64,000 bases of DNA from Eledone cirrhosa (GCA_964016885.1 OZ024748.1:22072001-22136000); one strand, 5' to 3'; shown: positions 39,992 through 56,281, numbered from the stretch's first letter. Made by a program: numbers and translations. Notes: a model not told the origin generated them from the letters alone.

Positions 39992-42201
39992 GGGGCAGGC
40001 CAAAAAACTAACCAACTGGAAATCACCAGGCCCAGATGGTGTGCAGGGGTATTGAATTAAAAATATAATATCCCTCCACCCGAAACTGACAACCATGTTC
40101 AATGACTGCTTGATGTCAGGTGAGGTACCAGAGTGGTTGACAAAAGGTACCACAGTTCTGGTAATGAAGGACCGAATCAAGGGTAATGATGTTACCAACT
40201 ATAGACCTATCACATGTCTGTCCGTAATGTGGAAACTGTTGACAAGCATTATGTCTGAGGAAATCTACCATCACCTCCACACAAACAACTTGTTACCGGA
40301 CGAACAGAAAGGATGCCGAAAGAAGTCCCGTGGTACAAAGGACCAGTTACTTATTGATAAGATGGTAATGAGGAATTGCAAGAGGAGACACACTGGTCTT
40401 GCCATGGGATGGATAGACTAAATAAAGGCATTTGACATGGTGCCTCATTCTTGGATCACCAAAAGCCTAGAGATCTTCAAGGTGGCAGATAACATCAGAC
40501 AGTTGTTGGGCAAAAGTATGAAGTCCTGGGAAACAGAGTTAACATCAGCTGGAGAATCCTTGGGAGGCGTGAAGATCAAGAGAGGTATCTTCCAGGGAGA
40601 TAGTCTGTCCCCCTCTGTTGTTTGTTCTTGCCCTGATGACCCTGACCATTATACTGTGAAAAGTGAGAGCAGGATACAAGTTGGGAAAGGGAGAGCTTAC
40701 TCTCAATCACCCCCTCTTCATGGACGATCTTAAGCTCTTCGGGAAGAGCGAGAAGGAGTTGGATGTGCTTGTTGACACTGTCCGTATTTTCAGCAATGAT
40801 ATATATATGCAATTTGGTATTAGTAAGTGTGGAGTCCTTGTGATGAAGGGGGGTAAATTGAGCAGAAGCAACGGAATCCAGGTACCAACAGGTGAGATGA
40901 TAAAGGAAATTGACACTGAAGAAGGATACAATTATTTGGGTGTTCTGGAGGCTGATGACATCAAGAACAAAAAAATGAAGGAATTGATAAGAACTGAATA
41001 CATTCGGAGAGTAAGGAACGTATTAAAGTCACATCTGAACAGTAGGAATGCCATAAGTGCAGTAAATTCCCGAGCTGTGTCTATTATTAGGTACAGTGCG
41101 GGAATTCTGAGATGGAATGTTGCTGAACAAAAAGAAATTGATAGGAAGACTAGGAAATTATTGACTATCTACAACATATTCCACAAGAGGAGTGATGTCG
41201 ATAGACTCTACTTAAGGAGATCTGAAGGTGGAAGAGGTCTTATCAGCATAGAGGACTGTGTTCAGATGGAGAAAAACAACCTACACAAATACGTGACTGA
41301 TAGTAAGGAGCCAATGCTCAGAATTGTACTGAAGGAGAGGACAATAGACCAGGGGATGTCCAGGGAGGAAATAACAACAAGGAGAAAGAGCAGCCTTCAG
41401 GAAAAATCCCTTCATAGTACCTTCTTTGAGAAAACTGAATTCAGGGATCCACAGACATGGAACTGGTTGAAAAGAGGAGACCTTAAAAAGGCTACAGAAG
41501 GAATGTTAATGGCTGCGCAAGAGCAGGCCCTCAAAACGAAGTGGTTGAAACACCATATTTACAAGGAGGAGGCTAGCCCACTGTGCAGGATCTGTGGAGA
41601 GAGAGAGGAGACTGTGGCTCACATTGTATCCGAGTGTAAACACCTAGCCCAGACTCACTATAAGGGCTGGAGACATGATGTGATGGGCAGGGTGATCCAC
41701 TGGCACCTATGCAAAGTAAACAATTTACCACATTCTGAGAAGTGGTATGAGCATAAGCCAGAGTCGGGATTTTAGGATACAGACGGACAAGAAACTGGAA
41801 CACAATAGACCTGACCTAGTGGTTTTGGACAAAGAAAAAAGATCGTGCATGATTGTGGATGTGGCCTGCCCATTCGACACGAGAGTGCAAGAGAAGGAGA
41901 GGGAGAAAATTAACCGATACCGGGACTTAAAGAGGGAGGTAAAAAGGATTTGGAACTGCCATGAAGTCAAAGTGGTCCCGAATGTCATAGGCGCACTAGG
42001 TACTATCTCAAAAAGTTTCCAGGGATGGTTAAAGAAAATTGGCCCCTTCACGCTTTTTGGAACGCTTCAAAAGGCATGCTTGCTGGGAACAGCAAGAACC
42101 CTCCGATACGTCCTGAATATCTGAGGCTGCAGGTAGTGGCTTGATATTCATTTCAACAAACTTTCCAGTTAAATAACATCAATGACTGAGACTCAAAGAA
42201 C
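39990..42201 (+). mobile_element. 5'-truncated, disrupted non-LTR retrotransposon of the R4/Dong clade (RT, CCHC knuckle, restriction-like endonuclease)
   Basis: Motifs NWKSPGPDG, NYRPITCL, EQKGC..GTKDQLLID, GIFQGDSLSP, FMDDLKLF, CRICG..ETVAHIVSEC..RHD and NRPDLVV..D. Stops at ~40053 and ~40419, frameshifts at ~40612 and ~41765; (TAA)n on both sides. Confidence 0.9.
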
Positions 42202-42308
<107 letters not shown>

Positions 42309-43685
42309 CATTTCGTCATCACCATAACAGAAGTCCGATGAGCTTTTGATTCCAGAGACGGGCCCGATCGATACAGATCGAACTTTGAGCTGATCAATTG
42401 TAAAAGGTGCGTCACACCCCAATAAATGTAATCATCATTATTTCACTCTACTTAGTACAACACCAATATACCTACTGGAAACTACGCATCGGGTGTTCAC
42501 TTTGGTGAAACTACAGTAACTTGACCTTACAATTCCTAAACTATAAACACACACACACACACACACACATATATATGTATTTATGTATTTATGTATTTAT
42601 GTATGTATGTATATATGCATGAATGTATATTTGTATGTATCTATGTTTGCATGTATGTATGTTCTGGTTTTATATTTTCACAAGTTTTTACCAATAGAGA
42701 GAGAGTCGGTTTCTAACATAGTTACAAGACTCTCTCATTGGAATTTACACAGCATCAACTAGGTAGATATGTATGTATGTCTGCATGCATGTGTGTGCAG
42801 GTATGTATGTTATTGTATGTGTGGATGTGGATGTTTTGAGTTGTATGTGTACATGTGTATATGCTTTGTATTTGTACATGTGTATATTAGTTATTAGATG
42901 TAGAAGTTTTGGAATGTTTTACATATTTTTACTGTTCCATTAATGGATTGTACTTGTAATTTCCTGACTAGTTGTGTTCTTTCTGTTCCTGTGAAGCCCA
43001 GTTTCTCAAAATTTGTATTGAGTCAGTTACTAACATACCCCAGTGCCCCAATAATCACAGGTATAAATTTGAAGGTATAATCAGGGTTGAGTATCTGTAT
43101 GTATGTATGTATGTATGTATGTATGTATGTATGTATGTATGTATGTATGTATGTATGTATGTATGTACGTACGTATGTTTGTATGTATGTATTTATGTAT
43201 TTATGTATGTATGTACGTATGTATTTTTGTATGTATATATGTTTGTATGTATATTTGTATGTATGTATGTATGTATGTATGTATGTATGTATGTATGTAT
43301 GTATGTATGTATGTATGTATGTACGCACGTATCAGATATCCTATATCAGTGTTTGTATTAGATATCTGTTCACAGAGATATGTTGGGTGCATATATGTGG
43401 GCTTGTTTGTATGTGTGTATGTATGTATGTATGTATGTTTGGATGTATGTATAGGAATTCTTATGTATGAAAAGATGCTGGAGATCGTCTGTGTGTGTGT
43501 GTGTATGTGTGAGTGTGTGTGTGTGTATGTGAGTGAGTGTGTGTCTGTGTGTGAGTGTGTGTGTGTGTGTGTGAGAGTGTGTGTGTGAGCTGCTTTTGGT
43601 AGCCAGACTGTGCGCATGGTGGTTTAGGTTGAATGAACAAGTCAAAGGTAACTTCACTTTATAGAATGAGGGGTGAGAGATGAGA

Positions 43686-43762
<77 letters not shown>

Positions 43763-44035
43763 AGCGGGACAAGAAAGGAATATGCATATCCATATACACA
43801 CAAGTACACTTAGTTGGCAATATACACATGAAGAAGTACGGAGAAATACGGTGAGAAAGTGAGAGGAGGAGGTGGAGGATAAATAGAGATAGCAAGAGGC
43901 AAGAGGATGAGTGAGAGGAAGATATTGAGAAGGGTGAGAGAGAGAGAGAGAGTGTGGGGAGGGAGGGAGGGGGTCAACGAACTAGAGAGAGAAAGAAACA
44001 GAAAATGAGGCCAAAAGAGATATAGCTAGAATATA

Positions 44036-44081
<46 letters not shown>

Positions 44082-44120
44082 ACATATATATGTATATATA
44101 CATATATATTATATTATTTA

Positions 44121-44312
44121 TAGGGCGGTGGATTGGCAGTATCGGTAGAGGGTCGGATGCCATGCTTTGACGCATAGAGTTACGGCCCTTGCCATTCTGA
44201 GTTCAAATCCCGCCGAAGTTAACTTTGCCTTTCATCCTTACGGGGTCGATAAAATAAAGTACCAGTAATACATTGAGTAATTGCTGGCCTTGTACCAAAG
44301 GTAGAAACAATT
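44121..44312 (+). mobile_element. SINE family A, full length
   Basis: ggcggtggattggcagtatcggtagag...gtagaaacaatt. Confidence 0.88.
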
Positions 44313-44423
44313 ATTTATATTATATTATACATATTGTATATATATTATATTATATATATATGACATATATATATTGTATATATATTAAAGAGATTAATTA
44401 TATATATTTCCCTATATGTGCTT

Positions 44424-44457
<34 letters not shown>

Positions 44458-44459
<2 letters not shown>

Positions 44460-44800
44460 TCATCATCATCATTTCATTTTACGTCCGCTTTTTCCCTGCT
44501 TGCAAGGGTGGGACGGGAACTGATTCTGGCTTGATTTCTACAGCTGGATGCCCTTCCTAACACCAACCTCATTTACAGTGAGTGCTGGGTGCTTTTTTGC
44601 CGTGGCACCTGCACGACCACTTTGCAGTGGAATGATAGGGACCCCAGTCCCTATCATCTCATTTCTACAGTTGAATAAACTGGAGCAATGTGAAATAAAG
44701 TGTCTTGCTCAAGGAAACAACACATCACCCGGTCTGAGAATTGAACTCACAACCTTTCGATTGCCAGGCCAATGCTCTAACCACTAAGCCATGTGCCTCC
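44458..44800 (-). mobile_element. SINE family B, long form
   Basis: Reverse complement of 39443-39793; flanked by duplicated ctatatgtgcttgtttatatata. Confidence 0.88.
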
Positions 44801-44948
44801 TTTCTATATGTGCTTGTTTATATATAAATATATATATATATATATATTTATATATAAACAAGCACATATAGGGAAAGAGAGAGAGCGAAAGAGGGTGAGT
44901 GTGTGAATGAGTGAATGAGTGTGTGACTGAGAAAGTGTGTGAGAGAGA

Positions 44949-45012
<64 letters not shown>

Positions 45013-45154
45013 CTGCATGAAATAGCTCAAGTGCGTAAAGAAGGAATGAGTGAATGATAACAGCAAAGACATAAACATTATTATTGCTGCTCCTGCTGCT
45101 ACAACAACAACAACAACAACACCTACCACCACCTCCACCACCACCAACACCACC

Positions 45155-45234
<80 letters not shown>

Positions 45235-45683
45235 CAGTTGCGTTGCTGTGACGCTGCTGCCACCTATATTACTCATCAGTAGTTGTATTGTAGCAATAAT
45301 AATGATTTCTTTGATTGGCACAAGGCCACACTAATTTCTAGGAGAGAGAGAGGGGACACACACACTCAAGTGCTGCTCATCTTCTTACCCTATGGTGGTC
45401 GTTCGAACTGCTAGAAACAACACCTAAATTACCTAAATTTCCTTCAAAATCTTTCTAAACTGTTTTCGAAACTAACGTATCAAAGAAAAAAATAAATGTG
45501 TTGTATTCCGGTGTTACACTATTCCTGAATATAATCGAGATGGTCGTGGCTGGAATGTCTTTTATATCCTAGACACTGCTGATTCAGGTTCTGACCTTGG
45601 TGTGTGCATGCTAAATATCAAACTTTAATTGTTAAATGGACGTAGTATAGCCAAATGGTCAAAGAGTTCGCTTCGCAATCATT

Positions 45684-45976
45684 AGGTGTTGGGTTCGATT
45701 CCATGGTGTGGTATGTTAAGCAAGTGTCATTTACCACAGCCTCGGGTTGAACGATGTCTTGTGAGGGTAGACGGAAACTGTTTGGAAGCCCGTCAGATGT
45801 ACTGTATCTGTAATTCAAAGTGTTAGCCATGGTGTTGGGTTCAATCCCATGGTGTGGTATGTTAAGCAAGTGTCATTTACCACAGCCTCGGGTTGAACGA
45901 TGTCTTGTGAGGGTAGACGGAAACTGTTTGGAAGCCCGTCAGATGTACTGTATCTGTAATTCAAAGTGTTAGCCAT
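45684..45976. repeat. ~147-bp tandem duplication inside a SINE
   Basis: 45684-45830 is repeated at 45831-45976. Confidence 0.9.
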
Positions 45977-46742
45977 GTCACACACTGTGCCATTCTCTAT
46001 CGTCCTGAGAATCACCTTAAGGCTATACTTCTCTACAGAATGCTCAGCCACTTGCATGTTAATTTCATAAACTGGTTGTTTCGATGATCAAACAACTGGA
46101 ACACTCATCATTCTAATATATGATACGTGAGAAGTCGACATTGGTCAGGTTTGAACTCGGTTTGCCAACACATGGTGTCAGGGTGTTTCATAAATTCCTG
46201 CATCCACTGCCTTTACCACCATTAATTATTTCAAGCAATAAATACTGATTTCACACTTTGACACAAGGCTAGAAGCTGCAGGAGGTGGTGTGGGTGTATG
46301 GCTGATCAATGTAATCAATTCAATGAAAGATTGATAGTTATTTCATCGAATTCACTACGGAAAAAAGGAGACAAGACTTTTGAGTTCATATCCTACCAAG
46401 GGATCGACATTACATTTTCTTTTCTTCTGAGTTCAATAAATAATACCGGACGTTAACTGATCGATTCATCGATTCATCGATTCAGTCAACTGCTTTTGTA
46501 AATTGTAGCCTTGTATCAATAAGAGAAGCCATTATTTATGAGTTCAAATCCCGCTGAGGTCAACTTTGTCTTTCATCTTTTTTAGGTAGGGGTCGATACC
46601 ATATGTACCAGTCAAGTACTGGGGTCGATATAATCAAACTTCTCCTTTCCCCCAATTGCTGGCCTTGTGCCAAACGTAGAAACAGTTATTATTACATCCC
46701 TCCTCCTCATCCTCCTAGCGCCGCCGCCGCCACCACCGCCAT

Positions 46743-46790
<48 letters not shown>

Positions 46791-46791
46791 C

Positions 46792-46823
<32 letters not shown>

Positions 46824-47642
46824 CACCACCGCTACTACTACTACCACCACCACCCCACCACCACCGCTACTACTAATACCCCCCCACACACCACCACTAC
46901 CACCACCACCACCATCACTACAACCACCACCACCACCACCACCACCACCACCACCACCACCACCACCACCACCGCTACTACTACCACCACCCCACCACCA
47001 CCACCATCACCACTACAACCACCGCTACTACTACTACCACCCCACCACCACCACTACAACCACTACCACCACCCCACCACCACCACAACCATCACTACCC
47101 CCCCCCCCCCGCTACTACCCCCTCCCCCCACCACAACCACCACCACCACAACCTGCGTTGCGTTTGGTTGTGCAGTAAGAAAAAACGCGATAAAATATAC
47201 TAGCGAAAAACTAAACAAACATATAATGAATTGATAATGAAGTAATTAGAAAGGTAATAGAGGTTAGAGAGAGACGGCTGGGAATAACAACGTATTCGAT
47301 ATAATGAAATACAATAGACTACAAAAGCCACCACTGAAATATATAACTAAACAGAAGTGGCAATGTAAAGCCCCTAGATTATATATTATCAAGTAAGACA
47401 AGATAAAACCAGAGATAAGTGTGAAAAACAGCCAAAATTGTCTCACTAAATCAGATGTTCAAAAAGTGGGCGCTACCACTCCCTGGGGGTCGCTGAGAAT
47501 GTCTTGACGGGGGGTGGGGGTGGGGGTGGGGGGGATAATGGATGGTAGGGGATCGGTAGAGATGATATAATAGTATATCAAATATCAAATAATACATATA
47601 TATGAATATAGTAAAATAAAATATATGTAATATTTATATATA

Positions 47643-47821
47643 TCATCATCATCATTCGTCGACTACTGTCGAGATGATGGATCTCACCCTCATGCCCCAG
47701 AATTCCCTGACCCCATCGCTGCCCCCAGGTCCCGTCTACTGATTCCCGTATCCCTAGAGTAAACGTCAGGGAATGACAGCTTCCTACTCCTAGTCAGACT
47801 GGAGTCAGGGTTCCAGAGCAA
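47643..47821 (-). mobile_element. Non-inverted 3' end of the same RTE-X-like LINE with a (TGA)n tail
   Basis: Homologous to 27096-27245 and contiguous with LLWNPDS. Confidence 0.8.
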
Positions 47822-48105
47822 GGTCACTTCAGAAGCTCTCTACATTCCAGAACCACATCATGAGACTTATGACTGGCAAGCGGCTCAGCGACCGCATCTG
47901 TATCAGTGAGCTGCTCAACATTACCAAACTTAGACCAATTACATCAATTGTCAAGTCAAGAGCACTCAAGCTATACGGTCATATAAAAAGATCAACTCGT
48001 GGTGTGAGTAGGTTATGCCTGGAAGGAAGGTTGGCTGGTAAGAGAAGCAGAGGCCAGCAGCCAAAACGATGGCTTGATAATGTCAACTTATGGACTGGAC
48101 TTGTA
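47822..48105 (+). mobile_element. RTE-clade LINE 3' fragment
   Basis: ORF 47860-48111: LKLYGHIKR..LEGRLAGKRSRGQQPKRWLDNV. Confidence 0.8.
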
Positions 48106-48503
48106 GTATAGACTATGTTAGAGATAGATGTAGTATAGACTATGTTAGATGTAGTATAGACTATGTTAGAGATAGATGTAGTATAGACTATGTTAAATGT
48201 AGTATAGACTATGTTAGAGATAGATGTAGTATAGACTATGTTAGAGATAGATGTAGTATAGACTATGTTAGAGATAGATGTAGTATAGACTATGTTAGAG
48301 ATAGATGTAGTATAGACTATGTTAGAGATAGATGTAGTATAGACTATGTTAGAGATAGATGTAGTATAGACTATGCTAGAGATAGATGTAGTATAGACTA
48401 TGTTAGAGATAGATGTAGTATAGACTATGTTAGAGATAGATGTAGTATAGATTATGTTTGACTTAGATGTAATATAGAATGTGATTTAGAGATAGATGTA
48501 ATA
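48102..48503. repeat. 27-bp minisatellite (tgtagtatagactatgttagagataga) with 21-bp variants
   Basis: Direct reading. Confidence 0.95.
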
Positions 48504-48508
48504 TGAAA

Positions 48509-48823
48509 TAATTGTTTCTACTTTTGGCACAAGGCCAGCAATTACTCCAGTGTATTACTGGTGCTTTATTTTATCGACCCTGTAAGGATGAAAGGCAAAG
48601 TTAACCTCGCTAGGATTTGAACTCTGGCTGTAAAGGGCCGTAACTCTATGCTGCAATGCATGGCGTCCGACCCATAGATGTAATATAGAACTGAATATAA
48701 GACAGTTTGTCTTTGAAAACCCCAAAAGTCCGTGAATTACAGATCGACACAAACTAGAAAAAATAGTATTATACATTATATTCTTTGTAGAGTTCTTTTA
48801 AATTGAATATATGAAACAGACCT

Positions 48824-48854
<31 letters not shown>

Positions 48855-49055
48855 CGCATATACACGGATACGTATATGAATATATACTCAAATAGAGATA
48901 CACATATACACACTCTCGCAGACAGATACACTTACATACACCCTTCGAAACACACTCATAAACATACACTTCAAGATGATACACTAGAAAATATCGCATA
49001 AGAAATAGGAACAACAACAACAACAACAACAACAATAATAATAATAATAATGATG

Positions 49056-49104
<49 letters not shown>

Positions 49105-50277
49105 CAATGAATTCTAATATAGACACAAGGCTACACATTTTCGAGCATGTGAGTAGTCGATTTAATCAGCCCCAGAAAATAAATGGTACTTATCTTAACA
49201 ATCAGGGATGGATGGAAGAAAAGGTCAACCTTAGTGTGATAAACACCTAAACACGTATATTCTCCACTAAACTGGTTGCTCAGCTGATGTATTATATTAG
49301 GTTACGAAAAGAGCAGAACGTATGTCATAAGTGTATAATGTACCGACAAAAATAAAAACACAATTTGGTAGAGCTGAAGATTATGAAAGACATCAAGGAA
49401 AGAAAAATACTTAAGCTTGGTATGGATTAATTAAGAAAAAAATCTTCGACAGCGTACTTCAATTTTTGTTATTATAGATACAGTATATAAACAAATTAGC
49501 CTTAATATTAAGAGAGTATATCAACCATGACATGGCAAATTATAAAATATACATTATATTACAAGACAAAGAATATATGTTAAGAACTTTGCCCTACATT
49601 GATAGTAAGAAGAAATTTTCAGCGAGAATCTGTATCCAAACGATCCTTCTGTTTTGTCCTAATATCATTAAGAAAACTTCTGGACAAATGACTAGGAATA
49701 GTCACAGTATATGGATGATTTAAATATTATGAGAAGAACGTCAAGCAGTTCAAGAATTTACTAAATTGAGATTATCATAATATAATTGTTTCTACTTTTG
49801 GCACAAGGCCATCAATTACCCAGTGCATTACTGGTACTTTATTTTATCGACCCCGTAAGGATGAAAGGCAAAGTTAACCTCGGCAGGATTTGAACTCAGA
49901 TCATACAGGGAGGTAACTCTATGCTTCAAAGCATGGCGTCCGACCCTCTACCGATACTGCCAATCCACCGCCTTTAAAGATTATCATAATATAATAATGA
50001 GATTATCATAATATAATAAAGGCAGGAGTGCAGGACTGCGTCCTGAATATAATTTTTTGTAAAATAAGTTGGATTACTTTGAATAAATAATTGTTTCTAC
50101 TTTTGGCACAAGGCCAGCAATTACCCATTGCATTACTGGTACTTTATTTTATCGACCTCGTAAGGATGAAAGGCAAAGTTAACCTCGGCGCGATTTGAAC
50201 TCAGAATGGCAAGGGCCGTAACTCTATGCTGCAAAGCATAGTGTCCGACCCTCTACCGATACTGCCAATCCACCCCC
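48509..50277 (-). mobile_element. SINE family A copies 48509-48675, 49782-49973 and 50089-50277
   Basis: Consensus matches; the sequence between them is unique. Confidence 0.8.
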
Positions 50278-51286
50278 CAATGAATGAATATTACATAATT
50301 TATGTACTAAATTTTATAACTCTTGATTAGATATAAATAATTTTAATGTTTATTTCAAGGTTCACTTCTTTTAAAATTTGCAAATGTCAATACTTCCGGT
50401 TATGATATAATGGACGCTATATCATATCGCTTATATTTCCGTCGCTAATTTTCTCCTTTTTCGTTTTCATAAAATTTTGCTGTGATGCAGTTTATATATA
50501 ATATCGTCTTTTTTAAATATATCATGGATTACTTTACCGATTACAGAAGACAGTGTAACACAGTCTCTCTTCAATTTCTGTGCATATTGTCAATTACGAT
50601 TTTATTTGACGTATCATATTTACATGTATATAATATCAATATGCACACTACACATGGTTTTTCTGATAGTATAAATAAATGTGCCAAAGCTAACAAAGAA
50701 AAGGCGGATTGATAAAACTGTGATAATATGTCGACATCAACAACCATGAATATAGACAATCAGAAATAGTTGAAACAGGTAGCATACGACATATTGAAAT
50801 GAAGGACATGATATAAGTGTTTACTTATATAAAAGCCTCAACCAATCTTGGGAATAAGATAAATAGTTTTATATTGAAGCTCAATCGGTTCCAATGACGA
50901 CTGTTCTAGTCGTTCGATCAACAAATAAGACTGTTCGTGAAATTGACGTGCAAGTGACTGGAGATTCTAAAGATACGAGCACTTGTTCTTAGGGGGTTCG
51001 GTGTGATACAATGTGGGACATGGCTGTCTTTTCGAATCACATGTACAACTCATATTTACCAGACAGGTGGACTGAGTAACGTGGAATAGTGTCAGCCTTA
51101 ACGACACAACAACCCACCGGGGATCGAATTCACAACTATAAGATCGAAAGCTGAACACGCTAACCACTAAGCCACACACTTTGACAAGCTACTTGGTATA
51201 AATACAATTCTCTCTCAGGTATGAATTGTAGATTCAGTATAATATAGAAACTGAAGAACTTTAATTCCATTCCGAATACATTCTGT

Positions 51287-51800
51287 CAAGTCTTAAGTAA
51301 AGTCTTATAAACGTTTTAAATAAAGCCTTGTAGGCGTCTTATAGAAGTCTTAAGTAATGTCTTATAGAAGTCTTAAGTAATGTCTTATAGAAGTCTTAAG
51401 TAATGTCTTATAGAAGTCTTAAGTAAAGTCTTGTAGACGTCTTAAATATAGCCTTATAGATGTCTTATAGAAGTCTTAAGTAATGTCTTATAGAAGTCTT
51501 AAGTAAAGTCTTGTAGACGTCTTAAATAAAGCCTTATAGATGTCTTATAGAAGTCTTAAGTAATGTCTTATAGAAATCGTAAGTAATGTCTTATTGAAGT
51601 CTTAAATAATCTCTTATAGAAGTTTTAAGTAAAGTTTTATAGAAGTCTTAAGTAATGCCTTGTAGAAGCCTTAAGTAAAGTCTTATAGAAGTGTTAAGTC
51701 TTGTAGACATCTTAAGTAAAGTCTTATAGACGTCTTAAGTAAAGTCTTACAGACGTCTTAAGTAAAGTCTTATAGACGTCTTAAGTAAAGTCTTATAGAA
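51287..51800. repeat. 23-bp minisatellite (aagtcttaagtaa[a/t]gtcttatag)
   Basis: Direct reading; built from 11/12-bp sub-units. Confidence 0.9.
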
Positions 51801-54689
51801 ACAGAAAGAAGAATGCATTTCCACCAGTTTCGACGATGAGTGTTTGAGTTGTTTGATCAAAGGAACAACTTACTGATGTAAGAAACGTATAAGTGACAAA
51901 TCAATAACAGACACCTGTTCCCTTAATGTAATTCTCAGGGAGAATTCAACCTGACATTGGGCAATAAGGTTGGTCCTGTGAATTTCAGGTACAGTCCACC
52001 CGACGGACTTCGAAATAGTTTCCGTCAACCAATTTCATTCAAAAGGTGTAGGTCACCCCGTGGCTATGGTAAATAAAACTTGCTCCAAACGATACTCAGT
52101 AAGATCGAACTCGGAACCTAACTATTGCGAAACGAATTTCTATAGTGGACTATTAAACTAGCCAGAATGGATCTACATTGTACTGAGAAAAAAAAGAAAA
52201 GAAGTAAAGTTAGAATGATTAGCATAATAGAAGTGGAAATATATACTCTGTGTATACGGAAATAATTAGAAGATAGTCAAATACAATGAGAAACATAATT
52301 TGTATAGATAAAATATAAAATATATTAACAAGAAAAAAGTGAGAAGTAGTCAAAATATATTAAAGAAAATGTGAAGAAAATAACTGCTGTGTCTCTCTCT
52401 CTCCATGGCCATTAGCTGACATAACTGGGTAGAGGAAGAATAAGCAAACAATGGCGGCTTAAAATCTGTAAACTAAAGACAGAAATAAATTTATGCTACA
52501 TAAGGAGAATGCCAGGCCACTAGCAAATACAAAAACAAGACGTTAATATCGACTGCAGACTGTATTCAAAAATCAAGAAACAAAAATTATCTAATTTTTG
52601 CATGACTAATTCTAAAAAAGATGGAATATATTCACAAACATGGCCGACTGCATAACTGCATTTATTGGGCGTTCTGGCGCCATTTTTAAATTAAAATTGA
52701 AATTAGGGAGTATGACAATACTAAAGATGCAATAACATAGATTAAAATTGTATAGACTGAATAAGAGATCAAGGCATATTGTTTAGATATCTCAATCAAA
52801 GACCTGTGCACTCAGATAAAGACCTCTCCCTCTTCCAAACCAAATATCGAATGCAAGCCACTAAAACATTTGAAAAGATGTCTAAATGGAAACAAGCAAG
52901 TTTGGGGCAATATGTGTACAAAACTGTATACAAATTGTTTAATTAAAAAGAATGAAATCATCTAAATAAAATAGGTCGAATGTGCTGATGGCATAACTTA
53001 AGGTATGATGTACATATAAAATTTTCAATTTATTGAAATTTTGTTTTAAGAATAAGAAAAGTGAAAACCTTGGGGTAATTGTTAGAGACTCTCAAAGAAA
53101 AGGGAAGATAATTTCATTGAATTTGACAAAATTGTTTTACATCTCAGTGCAAAATCTGACATTTGTTTGCAAACAATGGGACCGATACGGGCATGTTTCG
53201 GTATTATCGAACATCGTTAGCATAACATGGTTTATGCAAGCTATATTTTACCAAACGACAAAGCATATTACATATAGAAATATAGCTACATAGTGTTCTA
53301 GACTTTAGTAATTTGCATGATCAAAATATTACAGGACCTAAGGAAAATAACTCAAATGTGCTAATGACAAGAATTTAGTGAAAGGAATTATGAGGTTATC
53401 TACTGAATGATGTACGCAAAACATAATTAATTGAAATCCTCTTTCAGTTGGAAAAAGAAAACAAAGGCTTAGTTTTTAGTAATTGTTACTGGCTTTCGGA
53501 GAAATATGTTGACGAGATTCAATAAGACTGAAAATTGTCCGTAGTTAACCTCCTTGCTTACATACTTCAGATTTTAAATACATTTTGTGAATTTGATTCT
53601 TAATATTTTAAAATTATCTTCCCCTCTCATTGTGAGTTACCGTAAGGTTTTAGATCTCTATTAAAGAAGACTATTGACGCAACAGGTCAATACTTCAAGA
53701 GTTAAATACATAGAGGAAAACAAAAGTTATTAGAAATCAATATTTTATTCTAGCTAACCCAGTAATAACTTGTAATTATAATTAGATGCTGAACGAATTA
53801 ACACAGCTAGACAAAATAATGGGACAACTGTCTACAGATAGAATACATCACCAACAGATATAGAAAGATAATACTGGTAATGAATACAGGGAGATAGGGG
53901 CCATATGCAGCTAGATATCTATTGTAAAGAATATATTTACCGTGAATATAGAAAATTAGGGATCACGGCAAATTAGAAACATATTTTAGTAAAGAATAAG
54001 GATCTTTAACAGAAATAGGTACAAAATATTTATACGGAAAAAAAGAAATGTTTTCTGTCTTGAAATAAAAAGCAAATAGAGAGAAAATTGAGATTGAAAT
54101 TACAAAAGAAAACACAGAGTTTGTATCCAGACAGTGTTTGTTCCAAGACAGTGTTTGTATCCAAGACATACAGAGCTCCATTCGGATATATACAGTGAAA
54201 ACACGCAATATATATTACATAATAATTGTATCTACTAATAATAGGTATAATACGTAAGAACAGTCTCAACAGACACGATAAAATTATCTATGATGACATA
54301 CTCAGTTTATCCTGTAAATAAATATACACAACAAGTTGCTTTCTGAACTTATAAGCACTTACACAGGATGTGTGGGTGTGTGTAAATTTATATATAGTGT
54401 ATGATTTATTTCTTGATAAGACAAATGCTAATACAATTCACAATATCGTTTTTAGTCTCACACACACATACCACTACACACACATACATACATACAGAGG
54501 CACACATACACACACATACCACTATACACACACACTTTCATACGCACACAGACACACAGACGCACACAGACACACAGAGGCACACACACCGAGGTTTGTC
54601 ACTCCCACCATTGGTGAAGTTATAAATACCAGGGTTTAATTTCTCATCACTTAGAACTCTTCGGCCCCATATCTATATATGTGTAGAGC

Positions 54690-54722
54690 ATACATATACA
54701 TACATATACATACATACATACA

Positions 54723-54756
<34 letters not shown>

Positions 54757-54900
54757 CATACTTATATACATACATGTATATACATACATATATATACATA
54801 TATACATACATATATATATATACATACATATATATACATATATACATACATATATATATATACATACATACATACATACATACATACATACATACATACA

Positions 54901-54966
<66 letters not shown>

Positions 54967-55000
54967 CATACATACATACATACATATATACATACATATA

Positions 55001-55034
<34 letters not shown>

Positions 55035-55078
55035 CATACATATATCTCTATATATACATACATACATACATACATACA

Positions 55079-55137
<59 letters not shown>

Positions 55138-55170
55138 GCATGCATACATATATCTATATATATACATACA

Positions 55171-55206
<36 letters not shown>

Positions 55207-55494
55207 TACATATATACATACATATATCTATATATATACATACATACATACATACTTATATACATACATGTATATACATACATATATATACATATATTCA
55301 TACATATATATATATACATACATATATATACATATATACATACATATATATATATACATATATATACATATATACATACATATATATATATATATACATA
55401 CATATATATACATATATACATACATACATATATACATACATACATATACATACATATATACATACATACATATTTATATACATACATATATACA

Positions 55495-55525
<31 letters not shown>

Positions 55526-55607
55526 GTACATACATATATACATACATATTTATATAAATACATATATACATACTTATATACATACATACATATACATACA
55601 TATATAC

Positions 55608-55652
<45 letters not shown>

Positions 55653-55653
55653 C

Positions 55654-55684
<31 letters not shown>

Positions 55685-56055
55685 CATACATATATACATG
55701 CATACATATTTATATACATACATATATACATACTTATATACATACATGTATACATATATATATATACATAGATACACACATATATACATACATATATACA
55801 TACATATATACATATATATTTATATAGATATATATGCACACATATATACATATATACATATATGCATACATATATACATATATACATACATACATGCATG
55901 CGTACATACATAAGTACATACATACAAACATACATGTATACATACATACACACTTATATTGAAAACACACACGCACGCACATATTTATATGTATATATGT
56001 ATGCTTATACTTATAACCATATGCATATATATATATATATACATATATAAATGTG

Positions 56056-56086
<31 letters not shown>

Positions 56087-56195
56087 ATCTATATATATAT
56101 ATATATATATACATATATACACACACATATATATATATACATATATATATATACATATATATATACATATATATACATATATATACATACACATA

Positions 56196-56281
<86 letters not shown>

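Noticed and set aside
53185-53226. Minus-strand CTAACGA..GAAACATG hammerhead-like string (also 22650-22682, 1814-1877 and 61540-61585)
   Set aside because: Two or more core mismatches or a missing stem II; not distinguishable from chance in AT-rich DNA.
53400-54000. Possible highly decayed LINE reverse-transcriptase remnant
   Set aside because: Only faint motif echoes (e.g. IQGD) with many stops; needs tblastn or HMM support.
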